Positions 47,418-57,419 of a stretch of DNA of 64,000 bases are shown piece by piece; position 1 is the stretch's first letter; each line of letters opens with the position of its first letter. The stretch is from Candidatus Binatia bacterium (lineage in GTDB: Bacteria > Desulfobacterota > Binatia > Bin18). A program made the position numbers and the translations under genes. The DNA is taken from contig CAXXHG010000047.1 in assembly GCA_963666315.2 (NCBI GenBank), forward strand, positions 100,525 through 164,524. Reading direction: 5' to 3'. The notes below the pieces were generated by a model, which saw nothing but the letters and a program-made list of their open reading frames with translations, was not told where the DNA came from and made no database searches.

Positions 47418-48989
47418 ATGTTGCGGAATTACTGTGTGGGCCTCGGTGCGCTGATGTTACTGGCAAGCTGCCAGCTGGGCGATACAGGTCTGCCCCAAGA
47501 CCAGAAAGACCTTGCCCCTGAGCCTCTCAGCATCACCAAGTGGACCACTAAGACCGAACTCTTTGTAGAATTTGCGCCGCTCATAGTTGGCAAAGCAACG
47601 CCTTTTGCGGCGCATCTGACCGACTTGCATACATTTCAGGCTGTCTCTCAGGATGTAGTCATCACGACACTGCAGGGCCAAAACGGCCAAATCATAACCG
47701 TGCGCTCGGAATCGACAACGCCAGGCATCTACCGTCCCGTCCTCACCCCCAAAGAACCCGGCACCTATCGCCTTCTTTTTACGCGGTCTCATCCCGGCAG
47801 TCAGACCATGCTGGATACGATTGACGCGGGGGAAGTGGAAGTTCTGACAGTTGTGGCAACAGACAAAGACCTCCCGAGTCCAGAAAAAGAGCCAGAGGGA
47901 GACGGTATTATCTTTCTCAAGGAGCAGCAGTGGCAGATGGCATTTGCCACACAAGAGGTCAGTGCTCGGGAACTGGAGACCACCCTGCACCTCCACGCAG
48001 AAGTCAAACCCGTAGCCGGTGGAGAGGTCCACGTCACCGCGCCCTTCAGCGGGCGCACCTTGGCCGTCGAGAACGGTGTCCCCACGCCGGGCCAACGTGT
48101 TGAGCAGGGCGAGCCACTCGCGCTGCTGCTCCCCCTGCCAACCAAGAGTCGGGCTGAGCTCGCGTATGACGTGCATGCGACTACGGCTGAACTTGCGGCC
48201 GCTCAGCACGAATTGGCGCGGGTGCAGGACCTGTATGCGAACCGTATTGTTCCGAAACGCCGCTTCGAGCAGGCGCAAAAAAACGTGGCGGTGTTCACGG
48301 CGCGCTTGTCGGCCTCCCGCTCTGAGCTGTCTCTGCTGAATGTAAACCCAGCAGACGCCACGAAAATCCGAAAACGCAGCCCTGAGCACTTTCTTCTGCG
48401 GGCTCCGATGACCGGTACGGTGGTTACGGTCAACCTCACACCGGGCGCACTCATTGAGGCGGGTTATGACCTGTTCACCATTATGAACCTGGAGCAGGTC
48501 TGGATTGAAGGCCGAGTGTTTGAGGCCGACATCTCCAAAGTGCGACACGTTGAGCAGGCCCGATTTAGTGCTCCTGCCCTCAGCATGCCGCTGCTCCTCT
48601 CTCAACCGGATGCGCGGCTGGTCACCATCGGCAGTGTCCTGGACCACCGGACTCGTTCTGTCCCACTTATCCTCGCGGTCAACAATGCGCACAGACGGCT
48701 AAAAATCGGCATGCACGGCGAGCTGAGCGTGCCGACCGGAGAAGTCGTGCACGCTATTGCCATCCCAGCAAATGCCATCGTGTACGACAAAGGGATTCCG
48801 CTTGCTTTTGTCCAAGTAAGCGGAGAGACGTTTGCGCGGCGAGAACTGGAACTTGGCGTACGAAATAACGACTTCGTGCAGGTGCGGGCAGGCCTCGTCG
48901 CGGGCGAACGGGCGGTGACACAAGGCGCGTATCGGGTGCACTTGGCATCCCTCTCAAGCACGCTGCCTGAACATGGGCATGCGCATTAG
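47418..48989 (+). CDS. RND periplasmic adaptor with an N-terminal extra domain
   Basis: Lipobox LASC, T.WT.KTELFVEF..L.VG....FAAHLT, FLKEQQW, C-terminal HGHAH; RBS GGAGG. Confidence 0.92.
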   Translation: MLRNYCVGLGALMLLASCQLGDTGLPQDQKDLAPEPLSITKWTTKTELFVEFAPLIVGKATPFAAHLTDLHTFQAVSQDVVITTLQGQNGQIITVRSESTTPGIYRPVLTPKEPGTYRLLFTRSHPGSQTMLDTIDAGEVEVLTVVATDKDLPSPEKEPEGDGIIFLKEQQWQMAFATQEVSARELETTLHLHAEVKPVAGGEVHVTAPFSGRTLAVENGVPTPGQRVEQGEPLALLLPLPTKSRAELAYDVHATTAELAAAQHELARVQDLYANRIVPKRRFEQAQKNVAVFTARLSASRSELSLLNVNPADATKIRKRSPEHFLLRAPMTGTVVTVNLTPGALIEAGYDLFTIMNLEQVWIEGRVFEADISKVRHVEQARFSAPALSMPLLLSQPDARLVTIGSVLDHRTRSVPLILAVNNAHRRLKIGMHGELSVPTGEVVHAIAIPANAIVYDKGIPLAFVQVSGETFARRELELGVRNNDFVQVRAGLVAGERAVTQGAYRVHLASLSSTLPEHGHAH

Positions 48990-49004
48990 CGAGGGAGTAC
49001 GTGT

Positions 49005-52000
49005 ATGAATCGTCTGATTAGCTGGTCGTTAGCCAATCGCGCCATTGTCCTGGCGCTCGCGCTTGCAGTCTTACTCGGCGGGACGGTTGTTGCCGTCCGC
49101 ATGCCGGTCGATGTCTTTCCAGACCTGACCGCTCCCACAGTAACGGTCATTACTGAAGCCCACGGGATGGCACCGGAAGAAGTTGAGACCTTGGTCACTT
49201 TTCCCCTGGAAGCGGCGGTGAATGGGGCTCCCGGCGTGCGGCGCGTCCGCTCGTCTTCTGCCACCGGTATTTCTGTGGTGTGGGTCGAGTTTGCCTGGGG
49301 CACAGATGTGTATCAGGCCCGGCAAGTGGTGAATGAAAAACTGCAACTTGCTCGTGCCGTTCTCCCGCCAGAAGTCGCATCGCCCGTTCTTGCTCCCATC
49401 TCCTCCATTATGGGCGAAATCATGCTGATTAGCCTCACCAGTGAGACCCACTCACCGCTAGAACTCCGCTCTACAGCGGATTGGGTTATCCGCCGGCGTC
49501 TGCTGTCCGTCCCGGGCGTATCCCAAGTCATCCCCATCGGGGGAGGCGTCAAACAGTATCAGGTCCTCCTGTCTCCAGAGCGGATGGCTGCGTATGGCGT
49601 GAGCCTCACCGAAGTCACCGAAGCGGTCCACACCACGAATCAGAACACCTCAGCCGGCTTCTACGTTGAGGGTAGCCAAGAATACCTCATTCATGGCGTT
49701 AGCCGTGTCCGTCAGCCAGCGGAGATAGCGCAAACCGTAGTCGCCCTGCACGACGAGCAGTTCGTGTTTGTGCATCAGGTCGCCGATGTGCAAACCGGTC
49801 CTGCGCCCACACGAGGCGCAGGCGCAGCCCAAGGCAAGCCCGCCGTGATTCTCAGTCTTCAGAAACAGCCGGGCGCAAACACGTTGACGTTGACCCACGC
49901 ACTGGACCAGACGCTTGCGGCCATTCAACGCACCCTGCCAGCAGGAATGACCATCAATGCCCATATCTTCCGCCAGGCCGATTTTATCGCAGTGGCCATT
50001 GAAAACGTGGTCGATGCCCTGCGAGAGGGGGGGCTGGTGGTGGTGGGCATTCTACTCCTGTTCCTCATGAATATTCGCGCCACACTGATTACGCTGGTGG
50101 CTATTCCGCTCTCCTTGCTCGTCGCCGTGCTCTCTTTGCAACTCTTGGGCGGCACGATGAACACCATGACCCTGGGCGGCATGGCCATTGCCATTGGCGC
50201 ATTGGTCGATGACGCCATTATTGATGTCGAAAACGTCTTGCGGCGACTCAGGGAGGATGCGGCGTTACCGCAGGCAGAGCGCGCCAATCCGATCACGGTG
50301 ACGCTTAAGGCCTCACTGGAGATTCGTCCGTCTATCACGTTCGCAACCTTTATCATTGCGCTCGTCTTTATCCCGCTCTTCTTTCTCAGCGGTGTCGAAG
50401 GACGATTACTCATGCCCTTGGGCCTAGCCTATATTGTGGCGCTTTTTGCCTCGCTCGTGGTTGCTATCTCGGTCACCCCCGTGCTGTGCTCGTTGGTGCT
50501 TCCTCACTCAAAGGGAGTCGGAGTGAGCACAGACAATCCGCTGGTCCGTCACTTACAGCACGCCTACCACAAGACGCTCGGATACGTGCTTCCCCGCCCT
50601 GGTCTCGTTATCACCACGTCTGCTGTGCTGTTTGCGGGAACGCTGGCTCTCATCCCGCTGCTCGGTCGGTCGTTTCTTCCCGAGTTTAATGAAGGTACGC
50701 TCACGATTAATACTGTCACTCTGCCAGGGACCGCCCTCGCTGAGTCTGACCGGCTGGGTCAGATGGTCGAAAACATTCTCCTGTCGTTTCCCGAGGTGAA
50801 AACGACGGCTCGGAGGACCGGGCGGGCGGAGCTGGACGAGCACACCCAGGGGGTTGAAGCCTCAGAAATCGATGTCGGACTTCAGATGCAAGAGCGTTCG
50901 AAAGCGGAGTTCCTCGACGCCCTACGCCGAGCGCTCACCATTGTGCCAGGGATGAACATCACTATTGGGCAACCGATATCCCACCGCATTGACCACATGT
51001 TGTCTGGCACGCGGGCCAATATCGCGGTGAAAATCTTTGGTGATGATTTACAGCGCCTACGCCGTCTGGGCCTTGCCGTTCGGGATGCGATGGCGCAAGT
51101 TCCCGGCGTCGTGGACCTGGCCGTTGAGCAACAAACCGACCTGCCGATTCTCCACCTGCAACTCAACCGGGAACAGATTGCCCGGGTAGGGCTCACGGTG
51201 GGGAACGTAGCGGAGGCGTTAGAGACGGCGTTCTGGGGGAAGACCGTCTCGCGCGTATTGGAAGGCCAGCGGAGTTTTGACCTGGTCGTCCGCTACGAAG
51301 ATGCGACCCGGCGCGACCTGACCGCGATTCGCTCCACGCTGATTGATACGCCGCGCGGGGGAAAGGTCCCGCTGGGTCTGCTGGCCACCGTGAGCCGTGC
51401 CCTCGGCCCAAACAACATCGGACGCGAAAATGTGCAGCGCCGCATTGTGGTGAGTTGCAATGTGGCCGGACGCGCCCTCCAGGACGTCGTGCACGAGATG
51501 CAGCAACAGGTGACAACACGCGTGTCCCTGCCCCAAGGGTACTACATCGTCTACGGCGGTCAGTTTGAAAGCGCCCAGGAGGCGTCGCGCACTATCGGCG
51601 TGTTAAGTTTTTTCGTGCTGGGGGCCATTATTCTCCTACTCACCACGGCACTGCGGTCTTTGCGCGACGCCCTTATTATCCTGGTTAATCTCCCCTTGGC
51701 GCTAATTGGCGGAGTCATTGGGGTGTTTGTGTCTGGCGGGATACTGAGTGTCGCTTCGCTGGTGGGACTGATCACGCTCTTTGGCATCGCCACCAGAAAC
51801 GGCATCATGCTGGTCACGCATATTCGTCATCTAATGGAGGAAGAAGGGGAGCGGTTCCGAGCAGCAGTGGAAAGAGGCGCGTTGGAGCGCCTCTCGCCCA
51901 TTCTCATGACCGCGCTCTCATCAGGGCTTGCGCTCCTGCCGCTTGTGTTTCGGGCCGGCCACCCGGGGAGCGAGATACTCACGCCGATGGCTATCGTCAT

Positions 52001-52103
52001 TTTGTGTGGCCTGGTGACTTCAACCGTACTGAACATAGTTGTTGTTCCCGCCTTATACCTGAAGTTTGGTCGGTCATTGACTGAGCAGGGAGGAGAGCGA
52101 TGA
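49005..52103 (+). CDS. Heavy-metal efflux RND permease (CzcA/NrsA-like)
   Basis: MPVDVFPDL.AP.V, GMAPEEVE, NTMTLGG.AIAIG.LVDDAI.DVEN, ARRTGRAELDEH, ISHRIDHMLSG. Confidence 0.95.
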   Translation: MNRLISWSLANRAIVLALALAVLLGGTVVAVRMPVDVFPDLTAPTVTVITEAHGMAPEEVETLVTFPLEAAVNGAPGVRRVRSSSATGISVVWVEFAWGTDVYQARQVVNEKLQLARAVLPPEVASPVLAPISSIMGEIMLISLTSETHSPLELRSTADWVIRRRLLSVPGVSQVIPIGGGVKQYQVLLSPERMAAYGVSLTEVTEAVHTTNQNTSAGFYVEGSQEYLIHGVSRVRQPAEIAQTVVALHDEQFVFVHQVADVQTGPAPTRGAGAAQGKPAVILSLQKQPGANTLTLTHALDQTLAAIQRTLPAGMTINAHIFRQADFIAVAIENVVDALREGGLVVVGILLLFLMNIRATLITLVAIPLSLLVAVLSLQLLGGTMNTMTLGGMAIAIGALVDDAIIDVENVLRRLREDAALPQAERANPITVTLKASLEIRPSITFATFIIALVFIPLFFLSGVEGRLLMPLGLAYIVALFASLVVAISVTPVLCSLVLPHSKGVGVSTDNPLVRHLQHAYHKTLGYVLPRPGLVITTSAVLFAGTLALIPLLGRSFLPEFNEGTLTINTVTLPGTALAESDRLGQMVENILLSFPEVKTTARRTGRAELDEHTQGVEASEIDVGLQMQERSKAEFLDALRRALTIVPGMNITIGQPISHRIDHMLSGTRANIAVKIFGDDLQRLRRLGLAVRDAMAQVPGVVDLAVEQQTDLPILHLQLNREQIARVGLTVGNVAEALETAFWGKTVSRVLEGQRSFDLVVRYEDATRRDLTAIRSTLIDTPRGGKVPLGLLATVSRALGPNNIGRENVQRRIVVSCNVAGRALQDVVHEMQQQVTTRVSLPQGYYIVYGGQFESAQEASRTIGVLSFFVLGAIILLLTTALRSLRDALIILVNLPLALIGGVIGVFVSGGILSVASLVGLITLFGIATRNGIMLVTHIRHLMEEEGERFRAAVERGALERLSPILMTALSSGLALLPLVFRAGHPGSEILTPMAIVILCGLVTSTVLNIVVVPALYLKFGRSLTEQGGER

Positions 52104-53416
52104 TGCGGAAACGCTCTGTATGGTTTCCGACCGTGTGGGTGTTCCTTCTGGTCGGGCAGCTTGGGCAAATTGGGGAGGCGAGGGCGGAGGATGCGACCTC
52201 CGCCTTTCACGTAGATTTGCCGACCGCTGTGACGCGGGCCTTGCAGGAGAATCCCGATGTGCAGGCGAAGCGCCACGCACTCGGGCTGGCAAAGGGTCGT
52301 GTCCAGTACGCCGAGTTGTTGTTTCAAACAAATCCCCTTATCAGCATTGAGGCCGATTACCGTAACCGGCGGTTTCGTGAATCGACCGGAAGGTCAACCA
52401 CTGATGCCACAGTCCTGCTCTTGCAAGAAGTCGAAATTGCCGGGCAGCGCGGACACCGACGGCGAGCAGCCGCCACACATCTGGCATATGCCGAGCGGGT
52501 AATTGTGAATGCGGAACGACTACTCCAACTGGCAGTCATGCGCGCTTTTTACGAGCTGCTGGCGGCGCAGGAGCGCATCCAAGCGCAACAGCACATCGTG
52601 CAGACTCGCGAAGCACTGCTGCGAGCGGGCCATGAACGCTTTGCGGGGGAAGATATTTCCGTGCTGGAGTTCGACACCTTGCAACTCGATACAGACCAGG
52701 CACACACCCGTCTGCTCACCAGAAAACAGGAACGCGTGCTTGCGGAAAAACAGCTGCTGTTACTCCTTGGCCCCGGTGTAGGGAAACCGCTCGTTGCGGT
52801 CGGTGACCTCTTCAAGGTCTCTGCGCACTACTCCCTACCAGAACCCCTTCGGCTACGAGAGGAACTCACGGCCTGCGCCCTGGAGCATCGGCCCGACTAC
52901 CAAGCCGCGCGTCTGAAAGTGGCAACCCGGGAAGCAGAACTCCGCCTCGCGCAGGCGAACAGAATACCGAATATTTCCCTTGGTCCGATGTATAAGCTCG
53001 ACGATGAAGACCAGGTGGTAGGGGGAGCGCTCACAATTCCGCTGCCCCTCTTTAACCGCAATACGCACGAAATAACGGCCGCGACGGCAAATGTGGAGAT
53101 TGCGCGCCGAGAGCTGCAAGCCCGAGCTCTCGCCGTACGGCACGAGGTTGTTGCCGCCTCTGAACGCCTTCGGCTCGCACTGCAGCAACGCGCTGTGTAC
53201 GGAAAAAACTACCGTGATAAACTCGCGCAGAGTGAGAACTTCACGCAGCAAGCCTACGAGGCAGGAGAGGTGAGTATTTTTGAGTTTAGTGTGGCACTAG
53301 AACGGCTCACTCAGGCCCGTTCGCGGGGCCTGGACGCAGCCCTCAGTGCGCTCCAAGCCGGTGCAGAGTTAGCCGCACAGCTGGCCTTCCGCTGCCTCGA
53401 TACAGTCCACAAATGA
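52100..53416 (+). CDS. TolC family outer-membrane protein
   Basis: Signal peptide, EIAGQRG.R, A...RPD, IPLPLFNRN, AYEAGE. Confidence 0.9.
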   Translation: MMRKRSVWFPTVWVFLLVGQLGQIGEARAEDATSAFHVDLPTAVTRALQENPDVQAKRHALGLAKGRVQYAELLFQTNPLISIEADYRNRRFRESTGRSTTDATVLLLQEVEIAGQRGHRRRAAATHLAYAERVIVNAERLLQLAVMRAFYELLAAQERIQAQQHIVQTREALLRAGHERFAGEDISVLEFDTLQLDTDQAHTRLLTRKQERVLAEKQLLLLLGPGVGKPLVAVGDLFKVSAHYSLPEPLRLREELTACALEHRPDYQAARLKVATREAELRLAQANRIPNISLGPMYKLDDEDQVVGGALTIPLPLFNRNTHEITAATANVEIARRELQARALAVRHEVVAASERLRLALQQRAVYGKNYRDKLAQSENFTQQAYEAGEVSIFEFSVALERLTQARSRGLDAALSALQAGAELAAQLAFRCLDTVHK

Positions 53417-53562
53417 GAAATGTAAGATACATACGACACACACCCTTGATCCTATCTGCCCTATTCATCTGGGCGGGGCATGGTATAGAGGGGCAGTGTG
53501 ACTCGCCCGACAAATAACGCAGAGCCGGACTGCTCCGTCGTGGCCCGAACAGGAAGCAGGCT

Positions 53563-54267
53563 GTGGAACCACTCTCGATCCTGATCATTGGGTTTCTTCT
53601 TGGCGTAAAACACGCCTTTGATGCGGACTACCTCGTGGCAGTCTCTACGCTGCTGACGCACAACCGATCCGCGTGGCATACCGTACGGCTCGGGCTGTGG
53701 TGGGGCGTCGGGCACACCCTGACCTTAGTGCTTGTCGGGCTTACTGTCCTGACTCTCAAGCTGGATATTCCGCCTGCAGTCAGCTCGTCGATGGAATGCC
53801 TGGCCGGTGCCATGTTGATGGTATTAGGGCTGACCACCTTGTTCGACTGTTGGCGCCGCCGCTTGCACGTCCACCGCCACGTTCACGCTGAGACTATGCA
53901 CCTCCATTTTCATACCCATGCGACACATGCCGGACATCAGCACGGGCATCGTGTCCCGACCGGTTGCAAGCCCATCGTGCTAGGCATGGTGCATGGCCTC
54001 GCCGGGAGTGCGGCTCTTATGCTGCTGGTTGTCGCAAGCAGCCCGTCTATCATGACCGGACTGGTGTATGTGCTTACTTTTGGGTGTGGTTCCATACTCG
54101 GTATGGGAGCCGTCAGTGTACTGATGAGTGCCTTCTTCTCACTCGCAGCACCCAGGACCCAAGGGCTCAATCCGTCTGTCCACGTTGCCGTAGGCGGTGC
54201 GAGTCTGGCGATGGGGCTCTGGATTATTTTCGAAGTCGGTTTTGTAAACGGCTTATTTCTGACGTAA
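53563..54267 (+). CDS. NiCoT/UreH-like nickel/cobalt permease
   Basis: G.KHAFDAD(Y)L.AV, WG.GH, His-rich loop HVHRHVH...H.HFHTH, G.VHGLAGSA. Confidence 0.85.
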   Translation: MEPLSILIIGFLLGVKHAFDADYLVAVSTLLTHNRSAWHTVRLGLWWGVGHTLTLVLVGLTVLTLKLDIPPAVSSSMECLAGAMLMVLGLTTLFDCWRRRLHVHRHVHAETMHLHFHTHATHAGHQHGHRVPTGCKPIVLGMVHGLAGSAALMLLVVASSPSIMTGLVYVLTFGCGSILGMGAVSVLMSAFFSLAAPRTQGLNPSVHVAVGGASLAMGLWIIFEVGFVNGLFLT

Positions 54268-54405
54268 CGAGTCCGCAGGCGGCTTGCTCCTATCCTGTAT
54301 AGGCCGCCCTTCTTTCGTCTTTCGAGTATCTGTCTTACGCTGCCGATGATGTGCGATGATGGCTGTTGCCGTATGCCCGGCTGTCCGGCAAGCTGAGAGC
54401 AGACA

Positions 54406-54819
54406 ATGACAAAGAGAGTCTTGATTTCTAGTGTTGTGTGGTTCCTGCTGTGCTGGCCGCCGGGAGTGGCTCGTCCGTTCCGGCCACAGCCACACGTTTT
54501 CCCTGAGGGTTCCTCGGAAGAGGTGGCGTTCGAAGGGACGCTGATTTGTTACCGCTGCGATATCCCCTCCGAGCGTCGCCGGCTGGGCAAGTGCGAGAGA
54601 GACGCCCACCTCTCGCTGCTCAAACTCGCTGATGGGCATACGTATCGACTCTACGGCAGCACCCACTCTATTTCGGCCAAGCTCTCCTCCGAAAAGTTTC
54701 ACGGCAAGAAGGTCCACCTTGAGGGAGTCTACGACTCAACCACAAATTGGCTCCACGTCCATAGGGCAAACCTCACCGGGGATGACAGTCCGTCGCGCGG
54801 TTTTACTGGCAAAGAGTGA
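54406..54819 (+). CDS. Exported hypothetical protein with CxxC and further Cys/His
   Basis: Signal-like N-terminus; FEGTLICYRCD...KCERDAH...DGHTYRL...GKKVHLEG. Confidence 0.6.
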   Translation: MTKRVLISSVVWFLLCWPPGVARPFRPQPHVFPEGSSEEVAFEGTLICYRCDIPSERRRLGKCERDAHLSLLKLADGHTYRLYGSTHSISAKLSSEKFHGKKVHLEGVYDSTTNWLHVHRANLTGDDSPSRGFTGKE

Positions 54820-54873
54820 CCTATACAGCAGTCACGTGTACGGACAGGCTCACCTATCTCGCACTTCTCTCGG

Positions 54874-55575
54874 CTATAATACAGCCAAATGCGCCGCTAA
54901 CTCTCCAGGCGCGGAGAAAAAGGGCGAGTGGCTGGTGTCCAGCGTAATCACTTGCTGACACGGCTGGGCCGTATACAGCTGCTTCTGCATCCATGGTGTC
55001 AGCGCCCGGTCTTGCAGACATTCGATGTAGACCCGAGGGACCCGCCCAAAGTTGGCGGCACTCGTCTGGACGGGTGTCTCAAGTGGAACCAGCGGCAGCG
55101 GGACCAGCAACGCCTTGGCCAGGGCCACATCCGCATCAGAACAATCGCCGTAGAAGACCTCGCGCAGCGTCTCCGCGCGAAAAGCCCCAGAGGTTTTGTC
55201 GTCCGACACCACAAAATTGGGGAAGACGAGCGATTCGGTGTCTTGCTGCAAACCTTCCAGCATGCTCTCGCCATTCAGCGGCAGCTCCGCCGTCAGATAG
55301 ACCAAGACTTTCACCTTGTCCGGGCGGTCTTCGGCCACCTGGGCGATAATGCCGCCGCCCGTACTATGGCCGACCAGCACCACGGGCTCCGGCTGCGCAT
55401 CGACCACGTGGCAGACGCTGTCCACATACGCCGCGAAGGTGACAGCAGACAGCGGCGTCTTATCCTGGCCATGACCCGGCAAGTCCGGCGCCACGACCGT
55501 ATGCCCCTGCTGCTCCAGTAAGGCCACGACCTTGTACCAACACCAGCCGCCATGGATCAGGACAAATGTACTCAC
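54874..55575 (-). CDS. Alpha/beta hydrolase (methylesterase-like), probable 4-aa deletion in the oxyanion loop
   Basis: APDLPGHG, LVGHSTGG, YIECLQDRA, TSHSPF; IHGGWCW instead of the usual HGAWHGGWCW. Confidence 0.88.
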   Translation of the reverse strand: MSTFVLIHGGWCWYKVVALLEQQGHTVVAPDLPGHGQDKTPLSAVTFAAYVDSVCHVVDAQPEPVVLVGHSTGGGIIAQVAEDRPDKVKVLVYLTAELPLNGESMLEGLQQDTESLVFPNFVVSDDKTSGAFRAETLREVFYGDCSDADVALAKALLVPLPLVPLETPVQTSAANFGRVPRVYIECLQDRALTPWMQKQLYTAQPCQQVITLDTSHSPFFSAPGELAAHLAVL

Positions 55576-55657
55576 GCCTCTCCTCCTTACTCGTTCACGG
55601 CTGTAGCACTTTGGAGTACGGAAAAGAAGCGTTCATGCACTGTCATCACATGACAGC

Positions 55658-55750
55658 TGTCGGTTTGCGCCCAAGGACATTCAGGGCGTAAGAAAGATCC
55701 ATAAACAGCTTGACGCGGCCATTCGTCTGTACGACAAGCTCGTGCTCGTA
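55658..55750 (+). pseudogene. TIR-domain remnant (N-terminal part)
   Basis: Translates to CRFAPKDIQGVRKIHKQLDAAIRLYDKLVLV, resembling the CWFAP.D...G.K...QID.AIR.YDKLLL segment of pentapeptide-TIR proteins. Confidence 0.7.
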
Positions 55751-55811
55751 GCGGAGGGACTGGGGGTGAGGCTGAAGGGAGTTGGTCAAGGCAAAGGAAA
55801 ACTGGAAACGC

Positions 55812-56251
55812 TTAATCTGCATCTCTCAGACTTTTTAAAACGTCGAGAAAAGCCCGTGGTGTGACGACTCGAATATCTTCATATTCCTTCAGATCCAGGA
55901 GATTCCTATCGCCACTCACAACAAACTCAGCCTTTCCGTCTAAGGCTGCTGCGATATACGTATCATCATCTGGATCAGCTCTGACGACACGATGTCGGAT
56001 CGCCCCCTCTACTGGGATAGCGATCAATCCAATCGCGGCGACCCACGCCTCAAGTTCGTGGTGTGATGCGGAAATGTACTTCTGGACGGCGGATACGCTA
56101 AACTCCGCCGCAGCTCCTCAAGAATTGAATCCGACACCACGAGTTCAAACGCTTGCTCTTCAATACACAAACGCAGGAGCCGCCCCGGCGGTCCATTCGG
56201 CCGTATGACCGCACTCACGAAAACGTTGGCATCAAGGACAGCGCGGAGCAC
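55812..56251 (-). pseudogene. PIN-domain toxin (type II TA), 1-bp frameshift near 56091
   Basis: LRAVLDANVFVSA...ILEEL.R.L.YP in one frame; AVQKY...DPDDD.YIAAALDGKAEFVVSGDRNLL in another. Confidence 0.85.
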
Positions 56252-56254
56252 GGC

Positions 56255-56527
56255 TTACTTACGGCGAGGCTTGCGTGCTTTGTGCTTTGCCTCATCAGCA
56301 ATGCGGTCAGCCTCACGTTGAGACAACAGCCCCGGCTGCAGATCAAGCGTTTGCAGTAACTGCCGACGAGCCGCTTGCTGCATCTGCTCTAATTTCTCAA
56401 TCGGAACCAGTGCGGCGAGGGGCTTTCCCTTGCGCTCTATAATGAATTGATCTTGCCGCAGAGCAACACGGTTGAGCAAGTCACCAAGTTTTCGCCGTAC
56501 TTCCAGAGTTGATACCCGCTCCATCAT
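56255..56527 (-). CDS. Phd/YefM family antitoxin
   Basis: VSTLEVRRKLGDLLNRV....FIIERKGKPLAALVP; directly upstream of the PIN gene. Confidence 0.9.
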   Translation of the reverse strand: MMERVSTLEVRRKLGDLLNRVALRQDQFIIERKGKPLAALVPIEKLEQMQQAARRQLLQTLDLQPGLLSQREADRIADEAKHKARKPRRK

Positions 56528-56705
56528 AACTTCCTTCAAATCCCTCAACTATGATACTTCGTATAGTTCTATAATCAATCACACCCACAAGCCAAGTAGC
56601 CATGTAACCTGGATGGAACGGAGTGGAATCCCGGGAATCCGGGCGCACGCCTCAGGGTGCAGCAGCGTGGGCAAGCCGACGACAAGTCCTAGAAACGCCT
56701 ACTGC

Positions 56706-56840
56706 GGGAAGGATTCGGCACGTGAGATCCGAGAATACTTCATCCCCGACTTCTCAGATTGGAAAAATCACGACGCGTATCAGGAAGGCTTTCAGCGCTT
56801 GCTCCGAGACCTCAAAGCAGGCGACAAGAAGGGCAAATAG
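56706..56840 (+). pseudogene. TIR-domain remnant (C-terminal part)
   Basis: GKDSAREIREYFIPDFSDWKNHDAYQEGFQRLLRDLKA*, resembling the C-terminus of pentapeptide-TIR proteins. Confidence 0.72.
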
Positions 56841-56952
56841 CCCTCCAATCCACCTCTCAACGCCTGCCCTAGAGTAGTTCTCTCATAGCCCCAGTTACTC
56901 CGCCTGCTCGTCCACAATCACTAACCGCATCGCCTCCGCGCTCGCTCGTACG

Positions 56953-57417
56953 GCCACGAACCTCACCGGGGCGACCCTCACTAAGGCAAACCGCTTTAGA
57001 GCCGACCTCACCAGCGCGGTCTTGGCTAGAGCCAACCTCAGCTTGGCGGACCTCAGCGGCGTGAGTTTCACGGACGCAAGAATAGACGACATACTCCGGG
57101 CATACTTAGAAGGAAAAACTTTCGATTACATCGTAATTCTCTTAGACGACAAATTCGATGAGAGGGTTAGCCTTTCTCCACTCGGCATTGATACTAATGC
57201 GCTTGTCCGCGTGCGGCATAAATTCGGGAGAAGTTTACATATTGTTAAGAACACATGGCCCATCCACAGTGATAAGTCCTCGAAAGAGGTAAGCGAGGAG
57301 ATTTTCCCCTCAGCTTCTGATGGGTTCAACATTCGTCATGTGGTCCTTCGCATTGATGCGTGGTGGGGTTTCGCTCAAGGCGAAATTTGGGAATGGCTCG
57401 ACCACCTGAGAGGCTAA
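56953..57417 (+). other. Pentapeptide-repeat remnant running in frame into an unrelated hypothetical C-terminal segment
   Basis: ATNLT GATLT KANRF RADLT SAVLA RANLS LADLS, then more AT-rich sequence ending WWGFAQGEIWEWLDHLRG. Confidence 0.55.
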
Positions 57418-57419
57418 CA

